DNA of 64,000 bases from an uncultured Pseudomonadota bacterium (GCA_903831455.1 CAIKXV010000192.1:8281-72280), one strand, 5' to 3'; shown: positions 18,546 to 28,591, counted from the first letter of the stretch. Made by a program: numbers and translations. The notes: generated by a model not told the origin, from the sequence alone.

Positions 18546-19928
18546 TCACACGCACAGCGCGATCAGGTCGCGCACGTCGGCCAGTTCGTCGAGCGTCCAT
18601 GCATGGCGCGCGATCGCCCGGGCCCGGTCCTCGCCCATCACCTGCGTGGCATTGCCGACGAACTTGCGCTCCAGCGCGGCATCGGACAGGGGGTTCTCCG
18701 CCGTACCGGACGCATATCCGACCGGCGCCTCGTACCGCCGTCCGTCGCACGCGACAAGCGTGGCATGGGCTTGTTCGCGGCGAAATCCCTCGATCGTGCG
18801 CACGCGCACCCTCGGCCGGAACGCAAGCACGTCGGGAGCCGCTGCGCGCGCGTCGGAATACTGAGCGATGCCCGCGGTGCCGTCGAGGTAGGCCACCGCC
18901 GCCGAGTGGTTGATGCTGAATTTCGACATCAGCCCGGATCGCGGATCGTCGACACCCGTGATCTTCACCGCCAGCGGATGCACCTGCAGATCGACGTGAT
19001 CGATCGCGTCGGCAGGCAACCCCGCGAGTTCGCGCACCGCGATCATCGCGTCGATCAGCGGATGCAGCAGCACCCCGCAGGCGTAGGGCTTGTACCCGTT
19101 GCGGGCCAGCTCGAAGCGCTCGCCCAGGCCCTCCGCGATCCGCTCGGGCTCGGCGCTCGCGCTGTAGATGCGGATGAAGCCCCGACGCCCTTCGAGGATC
19201 TCCTCCGAACTGTCGAAGCCGCGCTCCGCGAGCAGCGCCGCCAGCACGCCCGACGCCGCCGCCTTGCCCGCGTGGAACGACTTGCACATCGTGCCCCGGT
19301 TCTGCTGCATGCCGGCCGCCTGCGTGCCGGCGATGCCGATCGCATGCGTGAACCGCTTTGCATCGAGCCCGAGCAGTCGCGCGCAGCCGGCGCCCGCCGC
19401 CAGCGTACCGAGCGTACCGGTCAGATGCCATCCGCCCTCGTGATGCGCCGGAGCCCCCTGCCCTGCCCTCACCCCGACCTCGAAGCCCGACGCGTACGCG
19501 ACGATCAGGTCGCGACCACTCACCGGACGCTGCTCGGCCAGGGCCAGCAACGCGGCGAGCAGCGGCGAGGACGCATGCAGGACCACCCCGCCCAGGTGGG
19601 TGTCGTCGAAATCGAGCAGATGACCCATCTGCCCATTGGCGATCGCCGCGTCCATCAGGCCCAGCCGCCGCCCGCCGCGTCCGAGCACGCGGGCACTCTC
19701 CGGGGAGCCGGTGGCGGCGAGCGTATCGAGCAGGATGCCGATCGTGGCGTGTCCGCTGCCGGCCAGCGCGCAGCCGAGCCAATCGAGGACCCCACGTCTC
19801 GCCTCGTGGACGACCTGATCCGGAAGCTGTTCGAATTTCAACTCGGCCAGGAAACGCCCCAGCGCTTTCGTGACGCCGAGGCCGAGTGCCGCCGCACCGT
19901 AGCCGCCGTGCTCATCGCCACCACCCAC
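18546..19928 (-). CDS. MmgE/PrpD-family protein
   Basis: ORF 18546..19982. GTG at 19928 lies 5 nt after GGAGGAGG. Features: LGRFLAELKFEQLPDQVVHEARRGVLDWLGCALAGS, HLLDFDDTH, GWHLTGT. Confidence 0.8.
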   Translation of the reverse strand: MGGGDEHGGYGAAALGLGVTKALGRFLAELKFEQLPDQVVHEARRGVLDWLGCALAGSGHATIGILLDTLAATGSPESARVLGRGGRRLGLMDAAIANGQMGHLLDFDDTHLGGVVLHASSPLLAALLALAEQRPVSGRDLIVAYASGFEVGVRAGQGAPAHHEGGWHLTGTLGTLAAGAGCARLLGLDAKRFTHAIGIAGTQAAGMQQNRGTMCKSFHAGKAAASGVLAALLAERGFDSSEEILEGRRGFIRIYSASAEPERIAEGLGERFELARNGYKPYACGVLLHPLIDAMIAVRELAGLPADAIDHVDLQVHPLAVKITGVDDPRSGLMSKFSINHSAAVAYLDGTAGIAQYSDARAAAPDVLAFRPRVRVRTIEGFRREQAHATLVACDGRRYEAPVGYASGTAENPLSDAALERKFVGNATQVMGEDRARAIARHAWTLDELADVRDLIALCV

Positions 19929-20080
19929 TGTCGCCTCCTCCGGGCAGACCCGGCGACGCTTCGCAGTCGCCGAAATCGTCAACCCGACTTATCATGTTCT
20001 GCCGATCGCGCAGGCGACCGGTCCTGGCCATCCGGGATCCCATCCGCCCATTCCGCGATCCCGAACACGGAGGACAGTAC

Positions 20081-21049
20081 ATGACCCGATCGACCGTCTG
20101 GCGCGCACTGGCCGCCTGCGCCGGCATCGTGCTGGCGACGCAGGCGATCGGGCAGGCCTATCCCAGCAAGCCGATACGGGTGATCGTACCCTCGCTGCCC
20201 GGCGGCGGGTTCGACGTCACCGCGCGCGTGCTCTCCGAACGGATGGGGCCTCTGCTGGGGGTTCAGATGACCGTGGAGAACCGCTCGGTCGCAGGCACCA
20301 TCGGCGGCACCGAGGCGGCGGCCAAGGCTCCGGCCGACGGATACACCGTGCTGATCGGGGGGTTGTCCAACATCGCCCTCAACCCGGGACTGCACCCCAA
20401 CCTCGGTTACGACCCGCACGAGTTCCGGCCGATCGGGCTGGCGGTGTCCTACTCCTACACGCTCGTCGGCCGTCGCGACCTGCCCGCGAACACGCTCCGG
20501 GAAGTGATCGAGTATGGCCGGGGGAACCCCGGCAAGCTCACCTTCGGCGGTGCGCCGGGCACCGGCCAGCACGTTGCGGCCGTCGCGCTGTTCAACCAGA
20601 CGAAGGTCGATGCACTCAGCATTTTCTACAAGGGCGCTACCGCCGTGCACCAGGACCTGCTCGGTGGACGCCTGGATCTCTACTTCGACAACACGCAGAC
20701 GGCACGCACGCATATCGAGAAGGGCGCGGTGAAGGTGTATGCCACGTCCAGCCCGGTGCGCCTGCCGTTCCTGCCCAATGTCCCCACCGTGAACGAGACG
20801 GGCGTAGGCAAGCTCGAGATGGAGACCTGGTTCGGGCCCTTCGTTCGGCGAGACACGCCCCAGCCCATCGTCTCGCGCCTGCGCGCGGCATTCGAGAAGA
20901 CGATGTCCATGCCTGACGTAGTGAGCCGTTTCGAGAACGGCAGCGGTCGGGTGCTGGAGATGACCCAGGCGGATACCGAAGCCTACGTGCGGGCGGAGAT
21001 CGCTCGCTGGACGAAGCTGATTCGGGACGCCGGGATCAAGGCCCCCTAG
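20081..21049 (+). CDS. Bug/TctC-family periplasmic solute-binding protein
   Basis: Frame of ORF 19886..21049; ATG 20081 after GGAGGA. Signal MTRSTVWRALAACAGIVLATQAIGQA. Motifs YPSKPIRVIVPSLPGGGFD, ADGYT, FYKGA. Confidence 0.85.
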   Translation: MTRSTVWRALAACAGIVLATQAIGQAYPSKPIRVIVPSLPGGGFDVTARVLSERMGPLLGVQMTVENRSVAGTIGGTEAAAKAPADGYTVLIGGLSNIALNPGLHPNLGYDPHEFRPIGLAVSYSYTLVGRRDLPANTLREVIEYGRGNPGKLTFGGAPGTGQHVAAVALFNQTKVDALSIFYKGATAVHQDLLGGRLDLYFDNTQTARTHIEKGAVKVYATSSPVRLPFLPNVPTVNETGVGKLEMETWFGPFVRRDTPQPIVSRLRAAFEKTMSMPDVVSRFENGSGRVLEMTQADTEAYVRAEIARWTKLIRDAGIKAP

Positions 21050-21182
21050 CCTCGAGCAGGCCTGCCGCGGCGGCGGCCGCAGGCTCACCGGTCAAGGCCG
21101 GTGGACGCCGAGGGGTGCATGGCGCGGGGGCTGGGCCCTGGCGACCGCGAACTCCGAACCGGGATGCGCCCCCCCGTGGTCC

Positions 21183-21782
21183 CTACCCTCGCGCGTGCAG
21201 CCACCGGCGCGCGTCGTCCATCAGCCGCACCAGCGACTCGCTGCCATCCATCGGGGTATCGCGGTCGCTGGGCAATCCAGCCACGTGCTGCCGATACGCA
21301 AGGTACTTGAAGGGCGGCGCGTACAGATCGAGGATGGCGGGGTCGAGTTCGACAGGCGTCTCCGGCATGAACCGGTCGCCTTCGTAGATGGCGTTGCGCT
21401 GCACGATGCGCCACTCGCCTGCGCGCCGCTCGACACGGTCGAGAAAGCGCAGGAAGGACTGCGAGGTGAACCGGACCCCGTGCAGTTCTCCCGCCTGGGA
21501 GAGGGCGGCCGGCGTCTCGCAGAGCGCACGCTGGCCATCGACATCGACCACCGACGCGCCGAAGAAATGCTTCGTGGTGCCGCGCCCCGGCACGAAGCGC
21601 TTCGCGCACGCGGCGATGAAGTCCTGGTGGGTACCCTCGAACCACATCACCTTGATCGTGCCGCCCGGATGGAAGGTAAGCGCCAGATCGTCCCAGAGGC
21701 CCTGGTCACGGGCGCGCCCCCAGCGCTGGGCGAGATCGGCGATGTCCTGCTTCGCGAGCAGGGTGTGCATGGCATCGGTCAT
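21183..21782 (-). CDS. SnoaL-like / NTF2-fold protein
   Basis: 199 aa. N-terminal LLAKQDIADLAQRWGRARDQGLWDDLALTFHPGG is typical of SnoaL_4-type proteins. The start overlaps the upstream stop (ATGA). Confidence 0.55.
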   Translation of the reverse strand: MTDAMHTLLAKQDIADLAQRWGRARDQGLWDDLALTFHPGGTIKVMWFEGTHQDFIAACAKRFVPGRGTTKHFFGASVVDVDGQRALCETPAALSQAGELHGVRFTSQSFLRFLDRVERRAGEWRIVQRNAIYEGDRFMPETPVELDPAILDLYAPPFKYLAYRQHVAGLPSDRDTPMDGSESLVRLMDDARRWLHARG

Positions 21783-22345
21783 TGCGTCACCGGCCGCGGA
21801 CGACGCACCACACAGGTCCGATCGTCGGGGTTGAAGTAATGGCGCAGTTCGGCATAGTGCCCGCCGACCACGGTCAGCGAGTGCGTGCCCTCCTCCAGCG
21901 CGATGAAGCTGTGGATTTCCGCGGGTGCGATCAGCACCGACACGTCGCCCGGACCCAGGCGGCGATCCTCCACGCGAACGAGGTCTGCATGACCCTCTCG
22001 GCTACCATCATCGCGCCGTTCGTAGACGGTGTGATCGACGCTGCCCCGATACAGCGCGATCGCCTCCCATACGCCGTGGTCGTGAGGCGGTATGCGCTTG
22101 CCCTTGGGGAACTCGTCGAGGGAAATCACCAGCTGCCCGTCGTAGTACAGGTACTTCGAGTTGTCGATGTGGTTGCCCTGGCGCTTGACGCCCAGGGACA
22201 GCAGATCGGGCAAGGCGACGATACGCTCGATGGGCGCACTGAGCGCGCGGGCCAGCGCCGCGCTGTCGTCCGCGTGCGCCGCACAGATCCGGATGATGTC
22301 GAACGCGCACTCGCGTATGACCTGCTCGCTGCTGCTGCTTGCCAT
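21779..22345 (-). CDS. Cupin-fold metalloprotein (cysteine-dioxygenase-like double-stranded beta-helix)
   Basis: ORF 21779..22570; ATG 22345 with GAGGA upstream. Features: IPPHDHGVWEAIALYRGSV ... PAEIHSF (His-rich cupin motifs). Confidence 0.55.
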   Translation of the reverse strand: MASSSSEQVIRECAFDIIRICAAHADDSAALARALSAPIERIVALPDLLSLGVKRQGNHIDNSKYLYYDGQLVISLDEFPKGKRIPPHDHGVWEAIALYRGSVDHTVYERRDDGSREGHADLVRVEDRRLGPGDVSVLIAPAEIHSFIALEEGTHSLTVVGGHYAELRHYFNPDDRTCVVRRPRPVTQ

Positions 22346-23237
22346 GGGTTCGTCCTCAGTCCGCAGAAACCTTGCCTTGATCACCCGCAGCCACGCAGCG
22401 CTCGACACCCTCCCGCAGGAGGGCCTGCTGCCGCGCAGGCGGACTGTCGAGCACGCGGCCGCCCTCGCGCCCGATGCGCGAGACGAATTGCGCCATTGAC
22501 CGGTTCGGGAGTCCCTGCACCTGGCGGCTGCCGCACGCCACCAGCCCGCACCCGTCGGCCTGCAGCGCACGGCGATGCACGGCCCGGTGATTCATCAACC
22601 CCTTCACCCCTGGACCGCCGGACGGGCAACCGGCTCCGATCCGTCCTGTCGCACCCGGCACTGTATCCCCGCCGATTCGGGAGCGTCAATCGGCAGCATT
22701 GCGCTGCGTCAACGCCGCCGGGCCGCAGCGGAGGCCTGACCGAGCGAGCCCATCCCGCACCCGACATGGCACGGTCGAGCCCGCTTGGACCGGGCACTCG
22801 GGACGCCGGTCGGCTCGCTTGATGCCCCGGAGCCAACGCCTTGCTGCGTCGCGGCATCGCGCCGGAAGCGCGACACGTGATGCACGCAAGCCAACCGTCG
22901 CAACCCGAGGGGGACGCGCGCGCAGGTGGCAGGGGGACTTGTCGCGCGGGCGCGCCCGGCGTAACGTGGCTCTGGACGGTTGCAGGTCATGTCGACGCGC
23001 GCGGGGGCGCGACGATCGACGGCCAACAGACGACCGACGAGGAAACCGGAGCCTGAATCGCCCGACGCCAGCGATGCTCGCGCGCGTACCCGACGGGTAT
23101 CGCGCGCGAATCGCCAGCCCGGGTAGCGGCACACGTGAATACGGACGGTCGCGGTCGGCTGCCACTCTGCCGCCCGCGACTGCGTCCCGATGTTCACCGA
23201 CCGCCCACGGATGCGGTCATCCCGAGAGGAGGAACCG

Positions 23238-23708
23238 ATGGCACGGAAACTCACCGCGACGCTGACCATCAATGGTGAGCGCCGGACGATCACGGCCGCG
23301 CCGGACACCCCGTTGCTGTGGGTGCTGCGCGATCATCTGCAACTGAACGGCACCAAGTTCGGTTGCGGCGCCGGTCAGTGCGGTGCATGCACCGTGCACC
23401 TTGACGGCAAGCCGGTCCACTCCTGCCTGCAAACGCTGCAGGGCGTTGCCGGACGCACCGTCACCACGATCGAGGGGCTGTCGCGGGACTCCAGCCACCC
23501 GCTGCAGAAGGCGTGGCTGGCAGAGCAGGTGCCGCAGTGCGGCTACTGCCAGTCAGGCCAGATCATGCGCGCCGCGGGCCTGCTCAAGGAAACACCCCGA
23601 CCGACGCGTGACCAGATCGTCGAGTACATGAGCGCGAACATCTGCCGCTGCGGCACGTATGCCCGCATCACGAAGGCAATCGAGCGCGCGGCGAAGGAGA
23701 TGGTCTGA
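23238..23708 (+). CDS. (2Fe-2S)-binding small subunit of a molybdenum hydroxylase (IorA-like)
   Basis: ATG 23238 after GAGAGGAGGA. Motifs [27 protein letters not shown]. Confidence 0.9.
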   Translation: MARKLTATLTINGERRTITAAPDTPLLWVLRDHLQLNGTKFGCGAGQCGACTVHLDGKPVHSCLQTLQGVAGRTVTTIEGLSRDSSHPLQKAWLAEQVPQCGYCQSGQIMRAAGLLKETPRPTRDQIVEYMSANICRCGTYARITKAIERAAKEMV

Positions 23709-23710
23709 CC

Positions 23711-25927
23711 ATGAAGACGACCGTCAATACGCAACGTCGCCAGTTCATGGTGGGCGCAGCCGGCTTCACCTTCGGTGTCGCCGCTGGCGTTCCATCCGCC
23801 CTGCTCACGAACGAGGCTGCAGCGCGCTCGGGCAGCGTCATGCTGAACCACTGGGTAACCGTCTTCACCGACGGCACGGTCGCGATCATGTCGCCGGCAG
23901 CCGAAATGGGCCAGGGATCGCTGACCTCGCTGCCCCGTATCGTCGCCGAGGAAATGGATGCTGACTGGAACAGGGTACGGGTCGTGCCCTCGCCCGCCAG
24001 CGACAAGATCTACGGCAATCCCGGGCGCGGCTACACCCAGTACACCGCCGGTAGCGCCACCGTCTCCGGCTACTTCGACAGCCTTCGCCAGTTCGGCGCC
24101 CAAGTCCGCTACGTACTGCTGGACAACGTGGCGCGACAGTGGAACGTCCCGCTCGCCGAACTGAGCACCCAGCCGGGCGTGGTGCTGCATCAGAAGACCG
24201 GTCGCAGGATCACCTACGGCGAAATCGCGGCCTTCGCCAAAGTACCGGAAAAGGCACCGGCGATCACGCTCGAGCCGCTCGCGACCGCGCAGTTCCGCCT
24301 GATCGGGCAGGACACTCCGCGCGTTGATGTCGATGGCAAGCACAACGGCACTGCGCAGTACAGCATCGATGTCCAGGTACCCGGCATGCTGCACGGTGCC
24401 ATCCTGCGCGAGCCCGTCGACGGGGCTGGCGTCGCGAGCGTCGATGACTCGGCCGCCCGGGCGGTCGACGGCGTCGTTGACGTCGTGCGGCTGAAGTACG
24501 GGGTCGGCGTGCTGGCCACCTCGGCGTGGGCGGCCTTCCAGGGACGCAAGGCCCTCAAGGTGACCTGGGGAAACGCGGCCACCGGCCGGGGATTTTCAAC
24601 CGACAAAGGACTTGCCCAGTTCTCGGCTGCGGCCAGCAACCCTTCGCAGCCCACCATCGACTGGGAGCGCCGCGGAGATGCGGCAGCCCGATTGAAATCC
24701 GCGGCGACCGTGGTCGAGGCCGAATATCGGTCCGATTACGCGTATCACGCTCAGATGGAGCCGCTCAACTCCATCGCCGCGGTATCGGCGATGGGTGATG
24801 CCGTCGAGATCTGGTGCGGCGTGCAGAGCCAGCCGATGGCGATCACAGTCGCGGCGCAGGCGCTGGGCATTCCCGAGTCACGAGTGAAGATCAACAGCTA
24901 TCTCCTGGGCGGCGGCTTCGGCCGGCGTGGAAACCGGGACGTCGATTTCGTGCTCGACTCGGTGCTGCTGTCGCGGGCGGCGGGAAAGCCGGTCAAGGTC
25001 ACGTGGACCCGGGAAGACGATATCCATGCCGGCCGATTCCGTCCGCTCTACGTCAATCGCCTGCGGGCAGGCCTCGACGACGCCGGCAATGTCGCCGGGT
25101 GGTATCACCGCGCCGTTTGCGACCATGTGATGGCGTTCATGGACCCGCTGCGTTTCAAGATCGTCAAGGGCCGCGACCCGATCGCGCTTCTGGGCACCGA
25201 AGTCCCCACCTACGACCTGCCCGACCGGACGATCGAGGGCGTTCTCCAGACGACCGGGATGCGGACGAACCCGCTGCGCGGGATCGGCTTTACCGCCAAC
25301 AGCTTCGCGACCGAGGTGTTCGTCGACGAACTCGCGGTGCGGGCCGGGGTCGATCCGGTCGAGTTCCGTCTGCGTCTGCTGAAAGCCCATCCACGCGCCC
25401 GCCACGTGATCGAGGAGACGGCGAAGATGGCCGACTGGGGCCGTCGGCGTCCGGGGCGCGGGCTGGGCGTGGCCTACGTCAGCTACTCGGGTACCCAGGT
25501 GGCCGGCATCGCCGAGGTCTCGGTCGACTCCCAGACTGGAGCCATTCGCGTGCACGACTTCTGGTGCTCGATCGACTGCGGCGTCGCCGTGCATCCGGAC
25601 AACGTGGTTGCGCAGACCGAGGGGTCGATCGTCTATGGCATCGGCCTCGCGCTGACCGAACGGATCACGATCGCGGAGGGCGCCGTCGAGCAGTCGAACT
25701 TCTACGACTACCACGTGCCGCGGATGCGCGATGTGCCCCAGATGCATATCAAGCTGATCCAGACGCGAAACCAGCCCACGGGCGCCGGCCAGATGGCCGT
25801 GCCGCTGGTGCCTTCGGCGATCTCCAACGCGGTGTTCCAGTTGACGGGCGTACGGCTGCGCCAGCAGCCGATGCTGGCCAATCGGGTGAAGCAGGCCATG
25901 CTCGACTCCGGCACCCGCTTCGGATGA
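23711..25927 (+). CDS. Molybdopterin-dependent oxidoreductase large subunit (IorB / membrane-bound aldehyde dehydrogenase-like), Tat-exported
   Basis: 738 aa. Twin-arginine signal TQRRQFMVGAAGFTF. Features: AEMGQGSLTSLPRIVAEEMDADW and GGGFGRRG. The start is 3 nt after the small-subunit stop. Confidence 0.85.
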   Translation: MKTTVNTQRRQFMVGAAGFTFGVAAGVPSALLTNEAAARSGSVMLNHWVTVFTDGTVAIMSPAAEMGQGSLTSLPRIVAEEMDADWNRVRVVPSPASDKIYGNPGRGYTQYTAGSATVSGYFDSLRQFGAQVRYVLLDNVARQWNVPLAELSTQPGVVLHQKTGRRITYGEIAAFAKVPEKAPAITLEPLATAQFRLIGQDTPRVDVDGKHNGTAQYSIDVQVPGMLHGAILREPVDGAGVASVDDSAARAVDGVVDVVRLKYGVGVLATSAWAAFQGRKALKVTWGNAATGRGFSTDKGLAQFSAAASNPSQPTIDWERRGDAAARLKSAATVVEAEYRSDYAYHAQMEPLNSIAAVSAMGDAVEIWCGVQSQPMAITVAAQALGIPESRVKINSYLLGGGFGRRGNRDVDFVLDSVLLSRAAGKPVKVTWTREDDIHAGRFRPLYVNRLRAGLDDAGNVAGWYHRAVCDHVMAFMDPLRFKIVKGRDPIALLGTEVPTYDLPDRTIEGVLQTTGMRTNPLRGIGFTANSFATEVFVDELAVRAGVDPVEFRLRLLKAHPRARHVIEETAKMADWGRRRPGRGLGVAYVSYSGTQVAGIAEVSVDSQTGAIRVHDFWCSIDCGVAVHPDNVVAQTEGSIVYGIGLALTERITIAEGAVEQSNFYDYHVPRMRDVPQMHIKLIQTRNQPTGAGQMAVPLVPSAISNAVFQLTGVRLRQQPMLANRVKQAMLDSGTRFG

Positions 25928-25938
25928 TCGGGGGCCTC

Positions 25939-26274
25939 ATGGGCATGAAGCGCGCTGTGCGTGCCGGCCGCGGGATCCCGGCCTTGGCCGGGATCCTGTG
26001 CCTGATTCTTTCCAGTGCGGCCCAGGCCGATGCAGCCCTTGCTCAGAGCAAGGGCTGCATGACCTGTCACCACGCCGAGCGCAAGGGCATCGGACCCGCG
26101 TTCCGGGACGTAGCCGCCCGCTATGCCAGCGAGCCGACCGCGAGCGTCGCGCTGGCCCGGAAGACTCGCGAAGGCGGAAAGGGTGCCTGGGGCGACGGAA
26201 TCATGCCACCCAATCCGCATGTCACCGAAGCGGAAAGCCTGCGCCTCGCGAACTGGATCCTCGGGATGCGCTGA
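25939..26274 (+). CDS. Monohaem c-type cytochrome (c551/c552-like)
   Basis: In the frame of ORF 24814..26274. Signal MGMKRAVRAGRGIPALAGILCLILSSAAQA, haem motif CMTCHH, and distal IMPPN. Alternative starts are 25924 (ATGA overlap with the upstream stop) or 25945. Confidence 0.75.
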   Translation: MGMKRAVRAGRGIPALAGILCLILSSAAQADAALAQSKGCMTCHHAERKGIGPAFRDVAARYASEPTASVALARKTREGGKGAWGDGIMPPNPHVTEAESLRLANWILGMR

Positions 26275-26452
26275 CACGATTGCTCGTTGCGGGTGCCCGC
26301 GCCGCGGCTCGATATCCCCGCTCGCGCCGAGCACCCGCGTTACTGGCTCCATCTTTCGGCTGCAGGTCGGGGCTCCGCAGCAGCACCGACCACACCTGCG
26401 CCGCAACCACGCAGCCTGGCACGCGCAAGGCTGCCGCGTGAACGCGTTCGAC

Positions 26453-27373
26453 TCAACCGTCGCGCGCGATCACCTTTTCGACGTCCTCACGGGGCACGCG
26501 AATCGCCAGCCCCGCGCGCTCCTGCTGGAGGATCAGGTAGGACCGCGAGTCGCGCCCCTCCCAGCCGCGGTTGAGCGCATCGGTCATCTCGGCATGGGTC
26601 AGTTGCGCGAGGCGCATGGGTACCGCGTGCTCGCGCGCGAGCTCGAGCGCGAGCGAGACATCCTTGTGCGCCAGCCCCAGCGCGAAGTTCGGCGGATCGA
26701 ACGTGCCCTGCAGGAACTGCTCGCCGATCCGGTCGAAAGACCGCTTGCGCCCGAGCGACCCTTGCCGGATCGCAGCCCAGAGCGGGAGCGGATCGACGCC
26801 GGCCTTCACGCCCATCGTGAACAGTTCGACCAGCGCGAGCTGCATGGCATACCCCGCGCAGTTGTGAACGAGTTTGGCCACGGATCCCGCGCCGATCGGA
26901 CCGATCAGGATCACCTGGTCCCCGATCGCATCCAGTGCCGGGCGGTAGCGCTCGAACACGTCGGCTTCGGCGCCCACCCAGAGCGCGAGCTTGCCGGACT
27001 TCGCGCCAGCCGGTCCGCCGCTCACCGGCGCATCGGCGAGCGCGACCCCGCGTTCGGCGAATTCCGCGTGCAGGCGCCGCGCGAGCGTGGGCGAACTCGT
27101 CGACAGGTCGAACCATGCGCTCCCGGGGCGCATCGCCGGTCCGACGAGCCGGGCGACAGCCTCGACCTGCGGTGGTCCGGGCAACGAGGTGAGCAGCAGG
27201 TCGACCTGAGCGGCGAGTTCGGAGACATCCGCCACGAAGGTCGCCCCTGCCGCGACATGCCGCTCGGCAGCCTCGGGGCGCAGATCGCTGACCCTCAGGT
27301 CGAAGCCCGCTCGCCGCAGGTTGAGCGCCATGGGCCCGCCCATGGTTCCCAGGCCGATGAATCCGATCTTCAT
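26453..27373 (-). CDS. NAD(P)-dependent 3-hydroxyisobutyrate dehydrogenase-family oxidoreductase
   Basis: ORF 26453..27430; ATG 27373 after GGGAGGGAG. Features: MKIGFIGLGTMGGPMALNL, DAPVSGG, GAGSVAKLVHN. Confidence 0.85.
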   Translation of the reverse strand: MKIGFIGLGTMGGPMALNLRRAGFDLRVSDLRPEAAERHVAAGATFVADVSELAAQVDLLLTSLPGPPQVEAVARLVGPAMRPGSAWFDLSTSSPTLARRLHAEFAERGVALADAPVSGGPAGAKSGKLALWVGAEADVFERYRPALDAIGDQVILIGPIGAGSVAKLVHNCAGYAMQLALVELFTMGVKAGVDPLPLWAAIRQGSLGRKRSFDRIGEQFLQGTFDPPNFALGLAHKDVSLALELAREHAVPMRLAQLTHAEMTDALNRGWEGRDSRSYLILQQERAGLAIRVPREDVEKVIARDG

Positions 27374-27387
27374 GCAGAACTCCCTCC

Positions 27388-28407
27388 CTACTGGACCTTG
27401 ATCCCGGCCTTGAGGACGACCCCGCGCCACTTGCGCAGTTCAGCCTCGATATGACGGTGGAACTCCTCCGGGGACGAGCCGACCGGTTCGACGCCGTCCG
27501 CAGCCAGCCTGTCGGCGATCTCCGGCGACTTGAGCGTGTCGACGAATCCCTTGTGCAGCGCGACGACAAGGTCCGCGGGCGTTGAACGCGGCGCCATCAC
27601 CCCGTACCAGTTGGTGACCTCGTAGCCAGGCGCCCCCGACTCGGCGACCGTCGGCAGGTCGGGCATCGCCGGGGAGCGGTGCGACGAGGTCACGGCGAGC
27701 GCGCGCAGCCGCCCACCCTTGATGTGCGGCAAGGACTCGAGCGGGGTCGCGAACACCATGCTGATGTGACCCGCGACCACGTCGGCCAGCGCTGGCCCGC
27801 CGCCCTTGTAGGGCACGTGCAGCAGCCGGGTTGCGCTCGCGATGCCGAACAGAGCACCGCTGAAGTGCTGGAGGCTGCCGATACCCGCGGAGCCGTAAGT
27901 GAGGGTGCCGGGTCGCTCCTGTGCGAGTGCCAGGAGCTCCCTGACCGACCGCACCGGCAGGCCGGGATTGAGTACGAGCACGTAGGACTGGCGGGTAAGC
28001 TGCGAGATGGGCGCGAGATCACGCAGCAGGTCGTAGGACAGGTTCGGCTCGGTGGCCGGTCGGGCCGTATGGCTACCGGTCACGAACGTCACGGTATGGC
28101 CATCGGGCATCGCTCGCGCGGCGATCTCGAGCCCGATCGTGCCGGTACCGCCCGACCGGTTGTCCACCACGACCGGCTGCCCCCATCGACTCGACAGGCG
28201 CTGCGCCATCGCACGCGCAGTGATGTCGACGCCGCCACCAGGGGCCAGCGGCACGATGATCCGCACCGGCCGCACGGGAAACCCCTGACCGGCGACCGGC
28301 GCAGGCAGGAAAACGGCCGCCACCATCAGCGCAGCCATCAAGGCGCCCCCCGCGAGCCGACCGCGCAAGACGGGCCGCACGAAGGACGCGGAACCGGGGA
28401 ATGTCAC
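27388..28407 (-). CDS. Bug/TctC-family periplasmic solute-binding protein, orphan (start uncertain)
   Basis: ORF 27388..28515. Motifs GQGFPVRPVRIIVPLAPGGGVD, DNRSGGTG, PDGHT, VPYKGG. I place the start at GTG 28407 to give a normal signal peptide; 28515 and 28338 are alternatives. Confidence 0.75.
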   Translation of the reverse strand: MTFPGSASFVRPVLRGRLAGGALMAALMVAAVFLPAPVAGQGFPVRPVRIIVPLAPGGGVDITARAMAQRLSSRWGQPVVVDNRSGGTGTIGLEIAARAMPDGHTVTFVTGSHTARPATEPNLSYDLLRDLAPISQLTRQSYVLVLNPGLPVRSVRELLALAQERPGTLTYGSAGIGSLQHFSGALFGIASATRLLHVPYKGGGPALADVVAGHISMVFATPLESLPHIKGGRLRALAVTSSHRSPAMPDLPTVAESGAPGYEVTNWYGVMAPRSTPADLVVALHKGFVDTLKSPEIADRLAADGVEPVGSSPEEFHRHIEAELRKWRGVVLKAGIKVQ

Positions 28408-28591
28408 TGCGCGCCCACGGGAAAGGGTCGAAGTCTGCGCATGTCTCGGCGGCTGGCCGGATCGGCACGTGCCGTCCGTTCCGTCCACGATAGCGCCCGG
28501 GGCGGGTTGGGTCAATCGGGGCCGACCGGCGCTGCCCGGCCGCGCCGGTGGCCATGCGAATGGCGCACCACCGCATGCCGGTGTGCCGGGT

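Noticed and set aside
16803-20084. 1093-aa ORF on the + strand spanning both PrpD-like genes
   Set aside because: The product is Arg/Pro/Ala-rich and low-complexity with no recognisable motif. It overlaps two well-supported genes out of frame or antisense. This is a typical long shadow ORF of very GC-rich DNA.
22356-22595. 79-aa minus-strand ORF ending 11 nt upstream of the cupin gene (MNHRAVHRRALQADGCGLVACGS...)
   Set aside because: Third-position GC is compatible with coding. But there is no recognisable domain, the RBS spacing is poor (3 nt) and the sequence is Arg/Gly/Ala-rich. Not enough support to call; it could be real.
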